This document shows positions 38,990 to 52,405 of a stretch of 64,000 nt of DNA, piece after piece (the first letter of the stretch is position 1; each line of letters begins with the position of its first letter). The stretch covers positions 14,570,001 to 14,634,000 of the forward strand of contig NC_043006.1 in NCBI RefSeq assembly GCF_006345805.1. The letters are read 5' to 3'. The position numbers were made by a program, and so were the translations under genes. A model generated the notes under the pieces. That model worked only from the letters and a program-made list of their open reading frames with translations, ran no database searches and was not told where the DNA came from. Source of the DNA: Octopus sinensis (Eukaryota).

Positions 38990-39450
38990 AACTTTAATGA
39001 TCCACTCTTCATTTCTTTTTAAATTTTCAAGTGCCATCCCCATGTAATGTTGGTTACCTCACACCACATCTACACTGACTCTATGAACAGGGACCTCAAA
39101 AATATTCATCTCGTGGGTGGAGGGCCATACCAGTTTTGTCCCCTTCAACAGCACTCAGATACAATCACTACATATTTCAGCCTTCTAAATACAAACATCA
39201 AACCAGAACTCTCAAGGTTGCTTACTACAAATGCATGTTTGACCTTGCGATTATTGAAGGTTTCTCCTAATGAATGCACATTTTTAATGAAGCAAAGACT
39301 GGCCAGACAAATAAGTTTCTAATACCTATTAATCTTCTGCAAATCTCAGGTAATACCCAAAGCGTAGTAAATACACTGGGATCTTTGACCACCACATCCA
39401 AACAAAGGTTGTGTAACCAATTGGTATGGAGTTACTCACACATTCCAGTC
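38540..39450 (+). mobile_element. Highly decayed CR1/Jockey-like LINE
   Basis: APE endonuclease motif VFGDFNAYHTSW at ~38785-38825; post-YADD RT segment at ~39000-39160 homologous to 50500-50650(-). Confidence 0.6.
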
Positions 39451-39687
39451 TCCTACTTATAGATGTTCCTTTTCTGTTTGCCTTGTCTATGGCTACTACA
39501 GGAGCTTCTAGTCCTTAGAGTTGGCTGGTTTTGTGCCACTTATATTTAATTACTGTTGACTCATTTGTTTATTACCCTCTCTTTTTCTTCACCCATATTG
39601 TATCCATGTCTTCAGACCCTTCACCGACCTCAACACTTCTTCCTCAAGATTGGCCCTCTGGTATTTCCTGTAGTTGTTCAGCTTCTC

Positions 39688-39920
39688 AGTTTCTCTTCTG
39701 TAGATGATATCTTTTTGAGGAGAGTTCTGCAAAGTCAGTCATTGATGCCTCTGGCCATATCTGATGCGGTCTTCCAGATGATAACTAGGAAGATACAACC
39801 CTATAACAAACTTGATCTTAATACTGGTGTGTGGTAAAAGGATGTATGGATAATGTCAGTGGGTGTCTAAAGAAACTTGATTATATCTTCTGGCCCATCA
39901 GGGTGTAAATGAAGAATTTT
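39688..39920 (+). mobile_element. RTE fragment, direct duplicate of 40447-40685
   Basis: cagtttctcttctgtagatgatatctttttgaggagag... block present twice. Confidence 0.8.
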
Positions 39921-40446
39921 GTAAACTAACTTGGTCATTATTAAGCCTGTGTTTGAAACATAAATTAACATAGAAGTTTGATAGAAAGTTTTAACTTAGA
40001 TCACTTTAAAACCGGAAGGTTTTATCATAAAAGGAAAGGTCCCAGTCTTGGTAAACCTGTATCAAAAGGGTTGAAAGGAAGTTTAACCAAATAAGTAAAA
40101 AAACCCCAAAAAAAAACCCCAGCAACCAAAAACAAACAAATCCACTATTTTTTTCTATTACGTTTGTCTAGCCACTCCTGAATCAAGTGAAATACCTCAC
40201 ATCTTCCGCCTACTACACAACAATCCTTATTCTCAAATCCTTTGGTATTTCAAGTCAGTTAACTAGTTGGAGCAGGTAATAGTTCTGTACTGACAGTGTA
40301 TGTATGTAAAGTCTTCCATATATATATATTCTACTGGCTCACTAGTGATAGTGATATACGTGGGTTGTTGGAATTTAAGCGTATGACTTGTGTTTTTGAT
40401 CTATTGATGTTGAGACTTGTCTGCTTTGCATCATTGTTCAGCTTTG

Positions 40447-40980
40447 CAGTTTCTCTTCTGTAGATGATATCTTTTTGAGGAGAGGTCTACCAAGTCATTC
40501 ACTGGATGCCTCTGGCCATATCTGCTGTGGTCTTCCAGATAGTCCAGTTGACAACTAGGAAGATACACTCCTATAACAAACTTGATCTTAATGCTGGTGA
40601 GTGATAAAAGGGATGGATAAGGTCAGTGGGTGTCCAAAGAAACTTGATTAAATCTTCTGGTCCAACAAAGTGTGAAATGAGGTATTGTACAGTAAAACTG
40701 ATTGCTGTGGCATGGTTCTTGAAATAAAATATTGTTGGGTTAGAATAATTTGGCTACATACTCAAAATGGACTGGAATAAGATACCAAAAGTAGCATTAG
40801 GATGGATGCTACTTGGAGTGTGAAAGCCGTGACAACCACAAAACACCTGGCATAGAAAAGTTAAAGGCAAACTCAGAGAAATTTATCTTAACATGGGGCA
40901 GGGCATTGAGACTTGCTAAGTAAGGGCCAGTGTGAATGGTGTTGAATTGTCAAGGTTTTATTTTCCAACTGGGATGAGGA
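40447..40980 (+). mobile_element. RTE-clade LINE remnant
   Basis: IFWSNKV*NEVLYSKT ... GYILKMDWNKIPKVALGW ... PQNTWHRKV ... LTWG motifs typical of the RTE ORF2 C-terminus. Confidence 0.75.
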
Positions 40981-41040
40981 TCCCCAAAAATTAAAAATTG
41001 CATTTTGTAAACATTCTATGTATGAATGAATTCTTATATG

Positions 41041-41246
41041 CCTATTTCTTTACTACCCACAAGGGGCTAAACATAGAGGGGACAGACAAACGGATCAAGT
41101 GCGTAACTGGTACTTAATTTATCGACCCCGAAAGGATGAAAGGCAAAGTCGACCTCGGCGGAATTTGAACTCAGAACGTAACGGCAGGCGAAATACGGCC
41201 ACGCATTTCGTCCGGCGTGCTAACGTTTCTGCCAGCTCGCCGCCTT
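41041..41246 (-). mobile_element. Young tRNA-derived SINE (Octopus OK/OR-like)
   Basis: Same family as 19382. Flanked by an apparent TSD tgaattcttatatg(cc) on both sides. Confidence 0.9.
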
Positions 41247-44200
41247 TTTGAATTCTTATATGCCGATTGAATTGAGCATCCTCTCATTCATGATTTCTTT
41301 GGACAAATGGAGGAGACAATTTAGGATTCTTTAGTCTTAAAGGAGACAAGGCAGTATCTCTGGCACTGGTACCATGATAATATGCATCACTGCACTCGGC
41401 AAAGGGGTTGATAAATGAATTACTGATAACATAAAGTTGAGAGAGTTTTTTATTCTTGCTGATGGTTTAACAACCTTTCATTATATGTGTATATTTAGAA
41501 CTTTGCAAGAAGATATATGGCAATTGTTTTTGACAAAAGACAGTCAAAGTTTGCCGTACAGTTATCAAGATTATCTTGTCAACACTGAATGTTTCAGCAC
41601 AAGTCTAATACACTTTAGTCTCTGATACAAGATAGTGTTTCATTGGTCACTGAAAATTGGTTTGGTAAACCGTATTAGGTTGTTTACCTTATGACTAACT
41701 GCAAAGCTTGTTACTCTTTTAAAAACACATAGATTTGTACTTTTCCCAGTAGCAAACCATTTGGGTTTTATCCAGTCATTTAGCATTTCTACAACAGCAT
41801 CATATTTTAGCTCATTGAGTTCTACTTCTTTTGGCGAAACTATTTAAAAAAATATATGTCATTGGCATGACATACTTGTTCTAATTTAGCTTTACTTCAG
41901 CAATTCATTTCCTAAATGTAATTAATTTTGCATTATCATCATTCTTGTGTTTTTTTAACCACATACTGTCAAAATGCAAAATTATTCTGTTTAATAAATT
42001 TTGACATAGCTGGATATATGTTTTCATATAGGGTTATATTCCCTACATATAAACAATTTTGTACAGATCATAGCAGGTGAAAAATGAAAGGGTATTTAAG
42101 TATTTCAGCACAGTTAGACGCTATCATTTTTATATTTTACATTTTTGCTTATTTGTATCATCTTGAACTATAGATGAACCATGACAATAAACTCCACTTA
42201 GAGGACATTTATATTGTAATTATAAGTATCCTTGAAACCTTATATGTAGAGTGTCCTTTTTGTAGCCTTACTCAGAGTTTTTATTTTTTTGCTAGATTTT
42301 TGGCTAAAATGTTGATATATATTTGATTGTGTCTCTGTATGGCAGACTGAAAAAAAAAAAAAAAGATTCTGTTTCAGTGTGAACAAAATCACAGTAATAC
42401 ATTCCAAACCATTGATCACTTTAAATACAATCGTACATCCATGGCTGGTGGAGAAACTGTTGATCTTGCATACCTAACTTTTTCACTTGATCACATTATC
42501 AAGCTTTTGGAAGGTAACTCATATTAAGTAGTAGAATTAAGTCATTTGTGTGTGTGTAAGTAATTAAAGATAGATTTAAATGGGTTATTAGGCTACGATT
42601 ATGACAACTGTTTAATGAGGGGGTGGCATCAGGTAAGTCATATTCAATAGTTTCTATCATCACTCTTCTATTGCTAGCCATTTCTCTCTCTCTCTCATCC
42701 TTTATTAATATTCAATCACTCTCATTTACCATTGCCCATCTCTATTTGCTGTCCATTATTTACTGTTTTTACCACCACCCATCTGACAGCTGGCAATGAG
42801 CACTCAGCTGATTTGGCCTGCTGAACCCTGACCGATCATGTGGATGAGGCTTTGGTAAATGTAAAATATTATTTGCCTAGAATTACATTTTCCAAACCAA
42901 GATGCATTTTCCACAATGTAGTGTCTATCATGCTGCAAAATGCAGTAACTATGTAGGAAGGAGAGCAAGGAGATAGTTGGTTGTTGTGAAGCACAGTATC
43001 AGAGATGACTTTGGGGGAAAATTACATGAAATTTTCAGGCATAAAAGAGGACATACCTAGCTTGTTGAGGAAGTTTAGTTTCAAATATCTTGTTAAAATT
43101 TCTTACATATTTTTTTTCAAAATGGAACTCGTATACAAACAGAATTCAATCTTGTGTAAAAATAGACTCCTTTCTTTCCAGGATTAGAAATCTGGAATTT
43201 TCCATGTTTTGTAATTATTCAACATCAACATTTGCAGGTCAAAAGATTATTCTGTGTATAAATATTGCTACGAGGAAGCATTTTGATGTACAGGAACAAA
43301 TTAGGTTGTGGAGTTACTTCATGTCCAATACTGAAGAGTCACTGCAATTACTCTAATATAAACAGTGTGCTACAAAATATGCTGTAATTTCTGACATAAC
43401 TTAGACCATATGCATTTACTTTTATAATTCACTGGAATTCTTTTCACTTTGTAAAAAAATTTTTGTTCATTCATTCACTTCAGAGATCATTTCAGATTCT
43501 CCTATTGATATTTTAGATTGTATCTTCATTTTCAGTTCCTGAAAGGTAGTATTTGTGTATTAAGTCAGCTGTTGGAATTTAGCTTAAAAATTTTGGGCTA
43601 AATGTAAGTCCCACTTTTACATTTTACACTATATATTTTAACCTTCAAAATGTTTCACCAAATTTAAACCCCATTGTTCCATCGAAAATGCAGCATACTC
43701 TATATAAATGTTTTTACATTTTTTTTACCTTTAGTGTATTGTGCTTAAAATGTGGTTTTCCACAAGATTTAACTCTTTAAATTGATCAAAAGGTTGGTGA
43801 TTAATGATCTAAACATTTCTGGACACTTAAGGAATTCATATTTCTGTTAGACTGTGTTTAGGGTATTAGCATCAAATTTATGGCAAGAAATAATTTGGAT
43901 GTTGAGCCCCCAACTCCAGTTTCAACTTTGACTGATGCAACCAATGACCAAAGGTGTTCTATCCATGGCCATTGAATCTTCTTGTATACCTGTGAATAAA
44001 TATACAGCATAATTTTTTTTAAAGATGGTAGGGTAAGACTTTGTTGCTATTTCTAGCAGGTTCTCTCAGTTCTCCTTTAACTTGTTCCTTTCAATTACTG
44101 TTATCTTCTTTTTTCTTTTTGGCCATATTTCTCTGAGTATTAGCGTTGACTAACCTGATTAATTTTCATGTCAAAACTAGTTATATTTTAATCCTAAATA

Positions 44201-46632
44201 GATTTCAGAGAATTAAATTAGTGTCGATCAGATTATATTTTATACTTTATTTTCCTTTATTTTATTATTTTTATGAATTTTCTTATGTTACCTTAATTCT
44301 TCTTGATGAGTTTTTTTCTTTCTTTCTCCTGAACAATTCTAATTTTCATATTTAGATTTTATATTTGCTAGAGTAACACTTTGCTAACAAAACAATTTTG
44401 TTTAATATTCCTATTTCCTTATGTTCAATGGTGCCGATTTTGTTGTCACTAATTAGCCATTAAAGCGAGAATGAAATTTGCTTAGGGGCTGCAAACTCAG
44501 GCCAACCCAGGATTTCAAAGCATTTTCATTGCTTCCACAAAATTTTAGGGTGTGCACTTGAATCAACAGCACTCTCTGTTCCCAAGCCTATGTAGTTGGT
44601 ATCAAGTTTGATGTTAATCTTAGCATTATATATTCCTTGCAAGGCAGACCAAAACAGTGAAATGAGATGAAGTGTATTTCATAAGAAATAGATCTATTGA
44701 TTATTCTAAGATAGGATAATTAACAAGCAACTTGACATATCCTTTTAGTGTTCAGATTGGTTAAATTAAAGATTTGTAACTTTATATGTTAGAAAATTTA
44801 TTGAAGTTTGTGTTTCTGGAAATGGACGAAATAGATAAAAATATTTTAATATGGATAATTGTTATCCTTTCACATCTGTTTTTCATGCAGGCATGGGTTG
44901 GGTGGTGCCACAGGATCCAAGAAGTTGGCGGACTATGTCTCACTTTAATGTTTCATCTTTGGCAGTTTCTATGGCTGGATGCCCTGCCTAGTATACTTTA
45001 CAGAGTATATGGGGTACTTTTTGTTTATGCAGCAACAACACTAACAAGGTCTTCATGAAACTTGCAAGACTAACAAGCCCACTAGACGGAATGAGAGTAT
45101 ATCTGAGAAGCAGGTGGCTTATGATAGAAAGGTCAAGAACAGGAATAGGTTTGTTATTGAAGAGATACATCGCTACCCCTCATTTTATAAGGGTAGGAGG
45201 GAGTACCTGGGGTGGAGCTGGAAAGAGAGATAAGGGTAGTGGTGATGAGGTATCAAAGTGTACTCCCAAAGTATATTTAATTAAAATGTTTAATTAAAAC
45301 ATGGTGAGTGCAGTAAAACAAGATGAGATATAGTTTTCTTATTCATTTATGCTACTAATTTTCTTGAAAAACTCATCTTTCTTCATCTCCTCCCCACAAA
45401 ATAGACCTTTATTATTAATTGAAAGCTAATTAAAAAAGATTAAAAGGATTTGTAATTGAAGTTTTTGTTAGGTGAAAATCATAACAATTAGACCAAATTT
45501 ACTGTCATAAACGACATGGAAATCTATTTCTAAAGCTCAAATAAGTATTTGTGACTTGATAATATAATTTAGTGTTCTTTTTATCAAAAGAAAATTACAA
45601 AAGTATGTTTATATATATATTTTTTTAAGGATTTGGTTTATTTAACAAAATTAATTTTTCTCTTTGAAAGAACGAAGTTCATTATTTGGAGTCAAATATT
45701 TTTGTTGCTGTGAATTCTGTTAGCTTATTTGAACCTGTTTCTTACCATATTTATGTTGAAATATACTGTCTTTTCTCAATTAATCTTGAAAATAAGGAAG
45801 AATTTTGTAAAATAACTCATTATGAAGCTTGTATTTGGAAAATTAATTAACATGAAATTTTGATGGGAGCTTTTAAGTTAGATCACTTCAAACAGGAAGT
45901 TTGTATTATAGAACTGGGGGGCTGTTTTAGACAGGCTGATATCAAAAGGGTTAAGTTTTCCTTCACCAGATTGTTTTTGGATAATGTGTTTCTGGTGTGG
46001 TTTTGCCTGCTGATGACTGCCCAAAATTACATAAACACTTGTAGTTTATTTAATCCACAGAATGGACTAAACAGAACAGGAGGATACATGTGGATGGAAG
46101 AGTTGCTGAAGAGGTCTTTGATGTTTGACTAAAGATTTCCAGATGATGGACATGGAAGAAGGAATATATATAGTATGTTTATTTGGCAAGGAAAAAAATG
46201 ACCATCTTGAAATATAACAATACTTATTAATTTCTAGAAGAACATGAATGCAATTTTCATCATCAGCATGCAAAAACTGCATCTAAGCTGTATTTTGTGT
46301 AGGTAATTAGGTGAAGGTTTGAGGGAACTTCAGGTAGTTGGGGGAATTTAACAAAACCCATGTAATTTTGGTTTCGTTTAGGGACCAAAATTTCCTGATT
46401 TTTCTATGAAATTAAGGAAAAAATTAAGTGGGCATGCATCTATCACAGCTCATACAATTATATCAAAAACAGACCCATAAGATTGCATTAGCCTTAATTA
46501 AACAATTTTTTCTTTATATTTTGCTATAAAGTTTTTAGAAAAATTATATTGGTCTTCTTTTGTACACAATTTGCATGGTTAATAACAAGTCTGTGTGTTA
46601 CTTTATGATTATTTTGGATTGGGCAATTTTAG

Positions 46633-47619
46633 CCCTTTTGTTACTGTATTTTTTATGGTATAGACTATTTTTGTTTAAATTAATTTTGAAAATAATGAAG
46701 GGTTTAGTAAAATAACTGTCATTATTGAACTATTGTTTAAGGAGTGAGCTGGCAAAATCTTTAGCATGCTGGACAAAATGTTTAGTGGCATTTTGTCTGA
46801 CTTCATGTTCCAAGTTCATATTCCATCAAAGTCAACCTTGCCTTTAATCTTTTAGGGTTGAGCACTGGGGTCAGTATATTTGGCTAACCTTCTTCCACAA
46901 AATCTCAGGATTTTGCTTATCGCATAAAGGGTTATTAGTGTTTGGAACATGAAGTAACATGAAATTTAAATACTCTTTTACTTGTTTCAGTCAGTTGACT
47001 GTGGCCATGCTGGAGCACCAACTTTAGTCGAGCAAATCGATCCCAGGACTTATTCTTTGTAAGCCTAGTACTTATCCTATCAGTTTCTTTTGCTGAACCG
47101 CTAAGTTACAGGAACGTAAATACACCAGCATTGGTTGTCAAGCGATGTTGGGGGGGGGGGACAACCACAAACATATACACACACATATACACACATATAT
47201 ATATACATATATACGATGGGCTTTCAGTTTCTGTCTACCAAATCCACTCACAAGGCTTTGGTCAACCCGAGGCTATAGTAGAAAACACTTGCCCAAGGCG
47301 CCACGCAGTGGTACTGAACCTGGAACCACGTGATTCGTAAGCAAGCTACTTACCACACAGCCACTCCTATGCCTAAATCACTTTAACTCTTTAGCATTCA
47401 CATTACTCTCTCATAGCTTTGAGATTCTGAATATGTGATTGTTTATTTTTAGAATGACATTGTAAAGTAGGTGCGAAGGGCCAGATCTGGCCAGTTTGAA
47501 CATAAAACAGGTAGAGCATTCTGGGTTGGATATGGCTGGCTTAAATGGTAAATGGTTAAAAAAAAAAAAGCTCATATCATTGAACTAGGAGTGATCTCAG
47601 TCAGGTGGTATCAAAAGGG
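46633..47619. mobile_element. piggyBac-like MITE P1 carrying three nested insertions
   Basis: CCCTTTTGTTAC ... GTATCAAAAGGG termini; interrupted by a SINE (~46740-46935), a SINE-A (46971-47373) and a second TTAA MITE (~47382-47558). Confidence 0.75.
46971..47373 (-). mobile_element. tRNA-derived SINE, tail type A
   Basis: Homologous to 23441-23825. Confidence 0.9.
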
Positions 47620-48010
47620 ATAAGTATTTTATGTCAGTCAGTTATTTTAAATATGTTTTCATGACCTGAATTAACTCTGGGCCTAGTTGGTAATGAGAAT
47701 ACAGGGATAAACTTTGGCAGATTGTAATATTCTCAGAAACATCACCACGCAGGTATATTATTAATGTTTCCTTTTAAAATTTGTTTGTTAGGTGCTTCAG
47801 GTGTTCACATTCAATTACATGTGATTCATTTCTCAAGCTTCACTGTTAGTAGTTACTCAATATTGTTTGGATGGTTATAATAAGTGAATTTATTATCTTT
47901 TTATTTGCCTTTTTATATTTATTAATGGTGGTGCTCTAACATGGCCACAACCTGCCTGAAACAAATCACAGAATAATAGAATATCTGAATAAATTTTAGT
48001 TTACAATTAA

Positions 48011-48407
48011 CCCTTTTGCCACCATATTTCTGTTGAAATACACTGCATTCGTTTGTCTAAAATTAATTTTGAAAATAATAAAGAATTTAGTAAAATAACT
48101 GTCATTAGATTACTGTGGGCATTCAGATTACTGTCAAATATAATACTTATTAATTCGCATTAAGTTAATCTTGCATTATCTTGTATATTCAAGATTTTGA
48201 TGATGTGATTGTTTATTTTTAGAATGACCTAGTAGGATAGGTGTAAGAGGTTGGATCTGACTGATTTGAATGCAAAACAGCTAGAATATTTGGGCCTGAT
48301 ATGACCACTTTAATTGCTAAAGATGCTAATTAATTAACCTGATATTTGGAGCATAAGTTAACATGAAATTTTGATCACTATTCTCAGGCAGGTTGGTAGC
48401 AAAAGAG
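48011..48407. mobile_element. piggyBac-like MITE P1 with nested MITE P2
   Basis: TTAA-CCCTTTTGCCACC ... GGTAGCAAAAGAG-TTAA; internal gcattcagattact...gctaaag block homologous to 47382-47558. Confidence 0.8.
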
Positions 48408-49021
48408 TTAAGGAATATATCAAATTTTTTTAAAGAAAATCTTTTCGAAACCTTGATTATAAACGTTAGTTATCTTTACAAGTAGACATTTTTTTCTGTA
48501 CGTTAATTACAACTTTTGATTGATGTGGTTTAATTTGGCTTATGAATTAAGAAATTTGTGTTGTTAATTATATCTTATGGAAATGCAATTATTGAATTTC
48601 CACAGGTTATTTATCAGACTACATTATCCTGTGTATCTGTCCCTTGTTTTTTAAGTTGGCAGGATGTAGTTTGAGGTAGATTTGGCTGCTATTTCAAGCA
48701 GGTAAATTGACCATGTAGCAGCTACGTCATTTGCCTAGATATAGTGGGAATTGGGTCACTTCCAACGTTAAAATTAAACAGCATTAAAAGTTATTAAGTT
48801 ACAGGTGATTTTTATCATGAAAGTTCTTCAGAGTTGAATACTTTAACTTCAGTTGTAGATGAGTTCAGCTAGTAGCGGCTTAAGTTATAACTAATTTGAC
48901 AGAATTGTTTTACAGTTACTCATCTTAGTTTTATATACGTTTACTTTTAAGAAGTTATTTTTATAATTAGGTTAACTCATTCATATGTTTTTTTAATTCT
49001 TATTATGAAACTATTTTACTA

Positions 49022-49443
49022 TGGCACAGACTGTATGATTAAGAAGTTTGGCTCCTAAATACACGGTTTTGGGTTCAGTTCCACTGTGGCACTTTGGACA
49101 AGTGGTTTCTACTGCAGCCCTGCACTGACCAAAGTCTTGTGAATCGATGTGGAAGACGGAAACTGAAAGCACTACTTAGTGTTCTGTCTGTCTCTCTCCT
49201 TCTCTCCATCCCTCCTCCCTCTCTGTGAATGTGTTTGCGTCTCCTTGTCTTGGCATCATGTGATTGTTGCAGATGAATATCCCTGTCATACAAGCAGTCC
49301 CATTTATTTCTAATATTCTTTGAAAACATATCTGGCCATGGTGGGGAATATTACCTTGCTTGGAAAAAGGTGAATGTTGGCATCCAGCCTCAGAAAATCT
49401 TCATGCAAGCATGCAAAAATGGATGTTAAGATAATGATGATGC
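49022..49443 (+). mobile_element. tRNA-derived SINE, tail type B
   Basis: Homologous to 32138-32543. Confidence 0.75.
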
Positions 49444-49989
49444 TGACATTTATCATCCGGCAGTTAAGTGAAATTGATATTGACTTGACTGAAACAAATG
49501 TAGTAAAATGTCTTGCTTAAGAGTTACAATGTAAAATATCTCTGACAGAATTTGAATTGGCTTTCTTACTACTAAAAAGGTTTACTTACAGATTTATTTT
49601 GGTTGAGAAGTAGTATGTAGTAGGAGGATTCTACACAAAGTTTGTCTTGGCAGGAAATTTGGGGGGGGGGCAGAAGATGGTAAGAGTGAGAACTTTGGAT
49701 TAAAGAGGGTTCTGGACGCATGCAAATGGTTAAGATTGAAGTTGACTTGAAAGGAAGCTTTCTATCATGTGATCACTTGTGAATTATGGTTATAGTTAAT
49801 TAAATTAGGTATATGCAACACTGATTTCTTCAAAGACTTTTAACCTCTTGCTCCCCATTCAGCCTTTAGCCATCCACTACAGTCTTTGTTCCCATTGGAT
49901 CATCTGCCCTCAGCTTTCAACTGAATAATAACTCTTCTCTCATTCAAATATATTATCATTGGTTTTGTCTGTATCCATAACATTTGCAG

Positions 49990-50680
49990 GTCTTCTGAGA
50001 TCAATGAGATAGATGCTGGTACTGTTCTACTTGAACTGTTTTAATTTGAGGGTCATGGGAAAGTTGTGCTAGTAGGGACTTCCAGAAAACAAAGATACTG
50101 AGAAGAAAGGACTTGGTATGGTGGTCAGTATGGGGCCTGGGGGAAATGCTAGACATAATTGGGATGGTGTGAGGAGGAGTGACAAGTGAATCAAAAGTGC
50201 TTGGATTGGGGTTACTAACATTGCTGAGGAACAGTAGACCTTGTAATAACAATAGCAAAGGCAGAGAGACGAGACAGCACAGCTATGGAGCAGAGGCTGG
50301 AGTTTATTTGTGAGTGATTTCATGCAAATTAGTTGAATGACCATTCTTTGGATGTGGTCTAGAATGTGACAAAGAAGCCCTCAGTGATATGGAGGTCAAG
50401 CATTTAAGTGATTACAAGGGCTCTATTTGTATGCTGTTCATGTGGACAGGTGGATGAGGTGTGATAATGTTTTCTTAAGTGCAGTGGATATGTTTCACTG
50501 TTGAAGGGGATACAATCGATACGGTCCTATTGGAAGATGGTTTGAGGCCTCTATTCATAGAGTCAATGTAGATTCAGTGTGAGGTGTCTTAAATCGCATG
50601 TGAATGATGCTTGGGTATGGGAAATTAAAGAGGAATGAAGAGTGATATCACCTGTCTATTTCTTGTGATCTAACTGGTCA
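49990..50680 (-). mobile_element. CR1/Jockey-like LINE ORF2 C-terminal remnant
   Basis: DITLHSS (post-YADD), LDHIQRMVIQLI, LQPLLHSCAVSSLCLCYCYY and FWKSL motifs. Confidence 0.75.
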
Positions 50681-50699
50681 GAGCTTCTTTGTTGTTTGC

Positions 50700-51240
50700 A
50701 AACGACCTTTAAGTAAAAAATGTATGTGCCTCAGTGGTGAAAAAAAAAAAAATCTCTTGGCTATAATGTATATCTTTCCACATCCTTCACACAACCAAAT
50801 CTCAAGCCACCCGAGTGGTTCACTTACCTGCCCTGCAAATGTATAAGCAAACAATTTACCCACCACTGCAGTGCCAGTGTATAAACACCAGAAAAGCAAA
50901 GTCTGCCTTTGTGCATCACATGGCCTTCACACTCACTTGCCTCCCAAATTACAGCTGGTTTCCTGCCAAGACAAACTTTATGTGGAATCCTCCTACTACA
51001 CACTACTTCTCAACCAAGATGATTGTGTAAGTAACCCTCTTAGTAGTAAGAAAGCCAATTCATTTACTGCTAGTTCTACCTGCAGCTCCACACCACGTAT
51101 GTATCACAAAATTCTTCTCGGGCTCTCTCCACCCATCTCTGAACGACATACATCCAGTTGTTAAGTGTCAAACTGATGGAGTGATAAGGTCCAAGTGATG
51201 TCCCTTTCATTACTGTCAGACAATGCGTCAAATCTTTTCA
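50700..51240 (+). mobile_element. LINE ORF2 linker-region remnant, inverted relative to 49990-50680
   Basis: PNLKPPEWFT and INTRKAKSAFV motifs; 50959-51062 is repeated inverted at 49552-49657. Confidence 0.55.
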
Positions 51241-52013
51241 GACTGGTGTAGAAACTCTAAAATATTCAATTGTGGCTTAGCATCAGTTAGGAAAGAAGTT
51301 CTTATGAGGAATACATTCATAAAACCAGCTATTTTTATCTTCACATTTTATTAAATTTTCTTATAAAATCATCACATTTGGCTGTCTGTAGATAATCTTT
51401 GCTGTTAGTGAGTAAATGTTAATGTGGCAAGTTATGGGTGGGAAAAAAAAGAATTCTGGCTTTATATTGATTTTCTTTCTTTTACTTCATCCAGATCATT
51501 GGACTGTGGCTATGCTGGGGCACCACCTTGTTGAGTTTTGTTGAACAAATTGACCCTAGTACTTTTTTAAAGTTTGATATATATTTAGAAAATGAATAGT
51601 TGTATGTGTGTGTGTTTGTGTGTGTGTATATATATATATATATAAAATTCTAATGCCTACTTTTCTATGGTTGCATGGGTCAGACAGAATTTGTTGCAAG
51701 ATCTTCTGCAGCTGGATGTTCTTCTTACCTATTTCCAAGCAAGGTAATATTCCCCCATGACCAGACATGTTTTTGCGGAATACTGGAAATGATGACACCA
51801 CTTGTATGACCGTATCACTTGTTTACAACTATCATGTGATGTCAAGACAAGGATACTCACACGGGCTTTCAGTTTCAATCAAATTCATTCACAAAAAGGT
51901 CCTGTTATTTAAGTTGAATAAAAAACATCCCTTTGTATATTACACACACTCACACACACACACTTTCATTTAAATTTTAGTTCATAGCTTTTGTATTAAA
52001 TTTTATCTAAATG

Positions 52014-52405
52014 CTAGCAGTATCACCTGGCGTTGCTCGGGTTTGTTTCGACCCTTTAGAATTGGAATTTTTGAAAAGTAAAAAATTTGCATTATGTAGC
52101 TTGTTATTCTCTTTAAGTGAACATTTTTCTGGTTGAAATACACTGAAAAATGGCAACACAGCAGTCAAAAAATCGTAAAAATAGGGATTTTAATAGAAAA
52201 AAAAGCACCTTTTTCATGTAAATAATTTTTGGTGTTAACACGGTCTGATTTGAATTTTTTCTTCTACGGAAGGAAGAGCAAGCCTTCTTCTATCATACTC
52301 TCAATTTTGGTCAACTTGCGCCGCAGGGTCTCGGAAGAGATAGTGTTAGTTGAAGGCTACCAAACCTGCCATACGCAGACAACCTTAGCCTTAGATATAG
52401 AGAGA
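52014..52405 (-). mobile_element. Non-autonomous Helitron, family B
   Basis: Close copy of 37577-37967. Confidence 0.9.

Noticed and set aside
42780-42842. Cluster of four E-boxes / possible exon
   Set aside because: Short motifs expected by chance; stops in all frames.
43331-46112. Other CTGANGA occurrences (e.g. ~43331, ~46009, ~46106) as hammerheads
   Set aside because: No following stem II plus GAAA and no stem I pairing.
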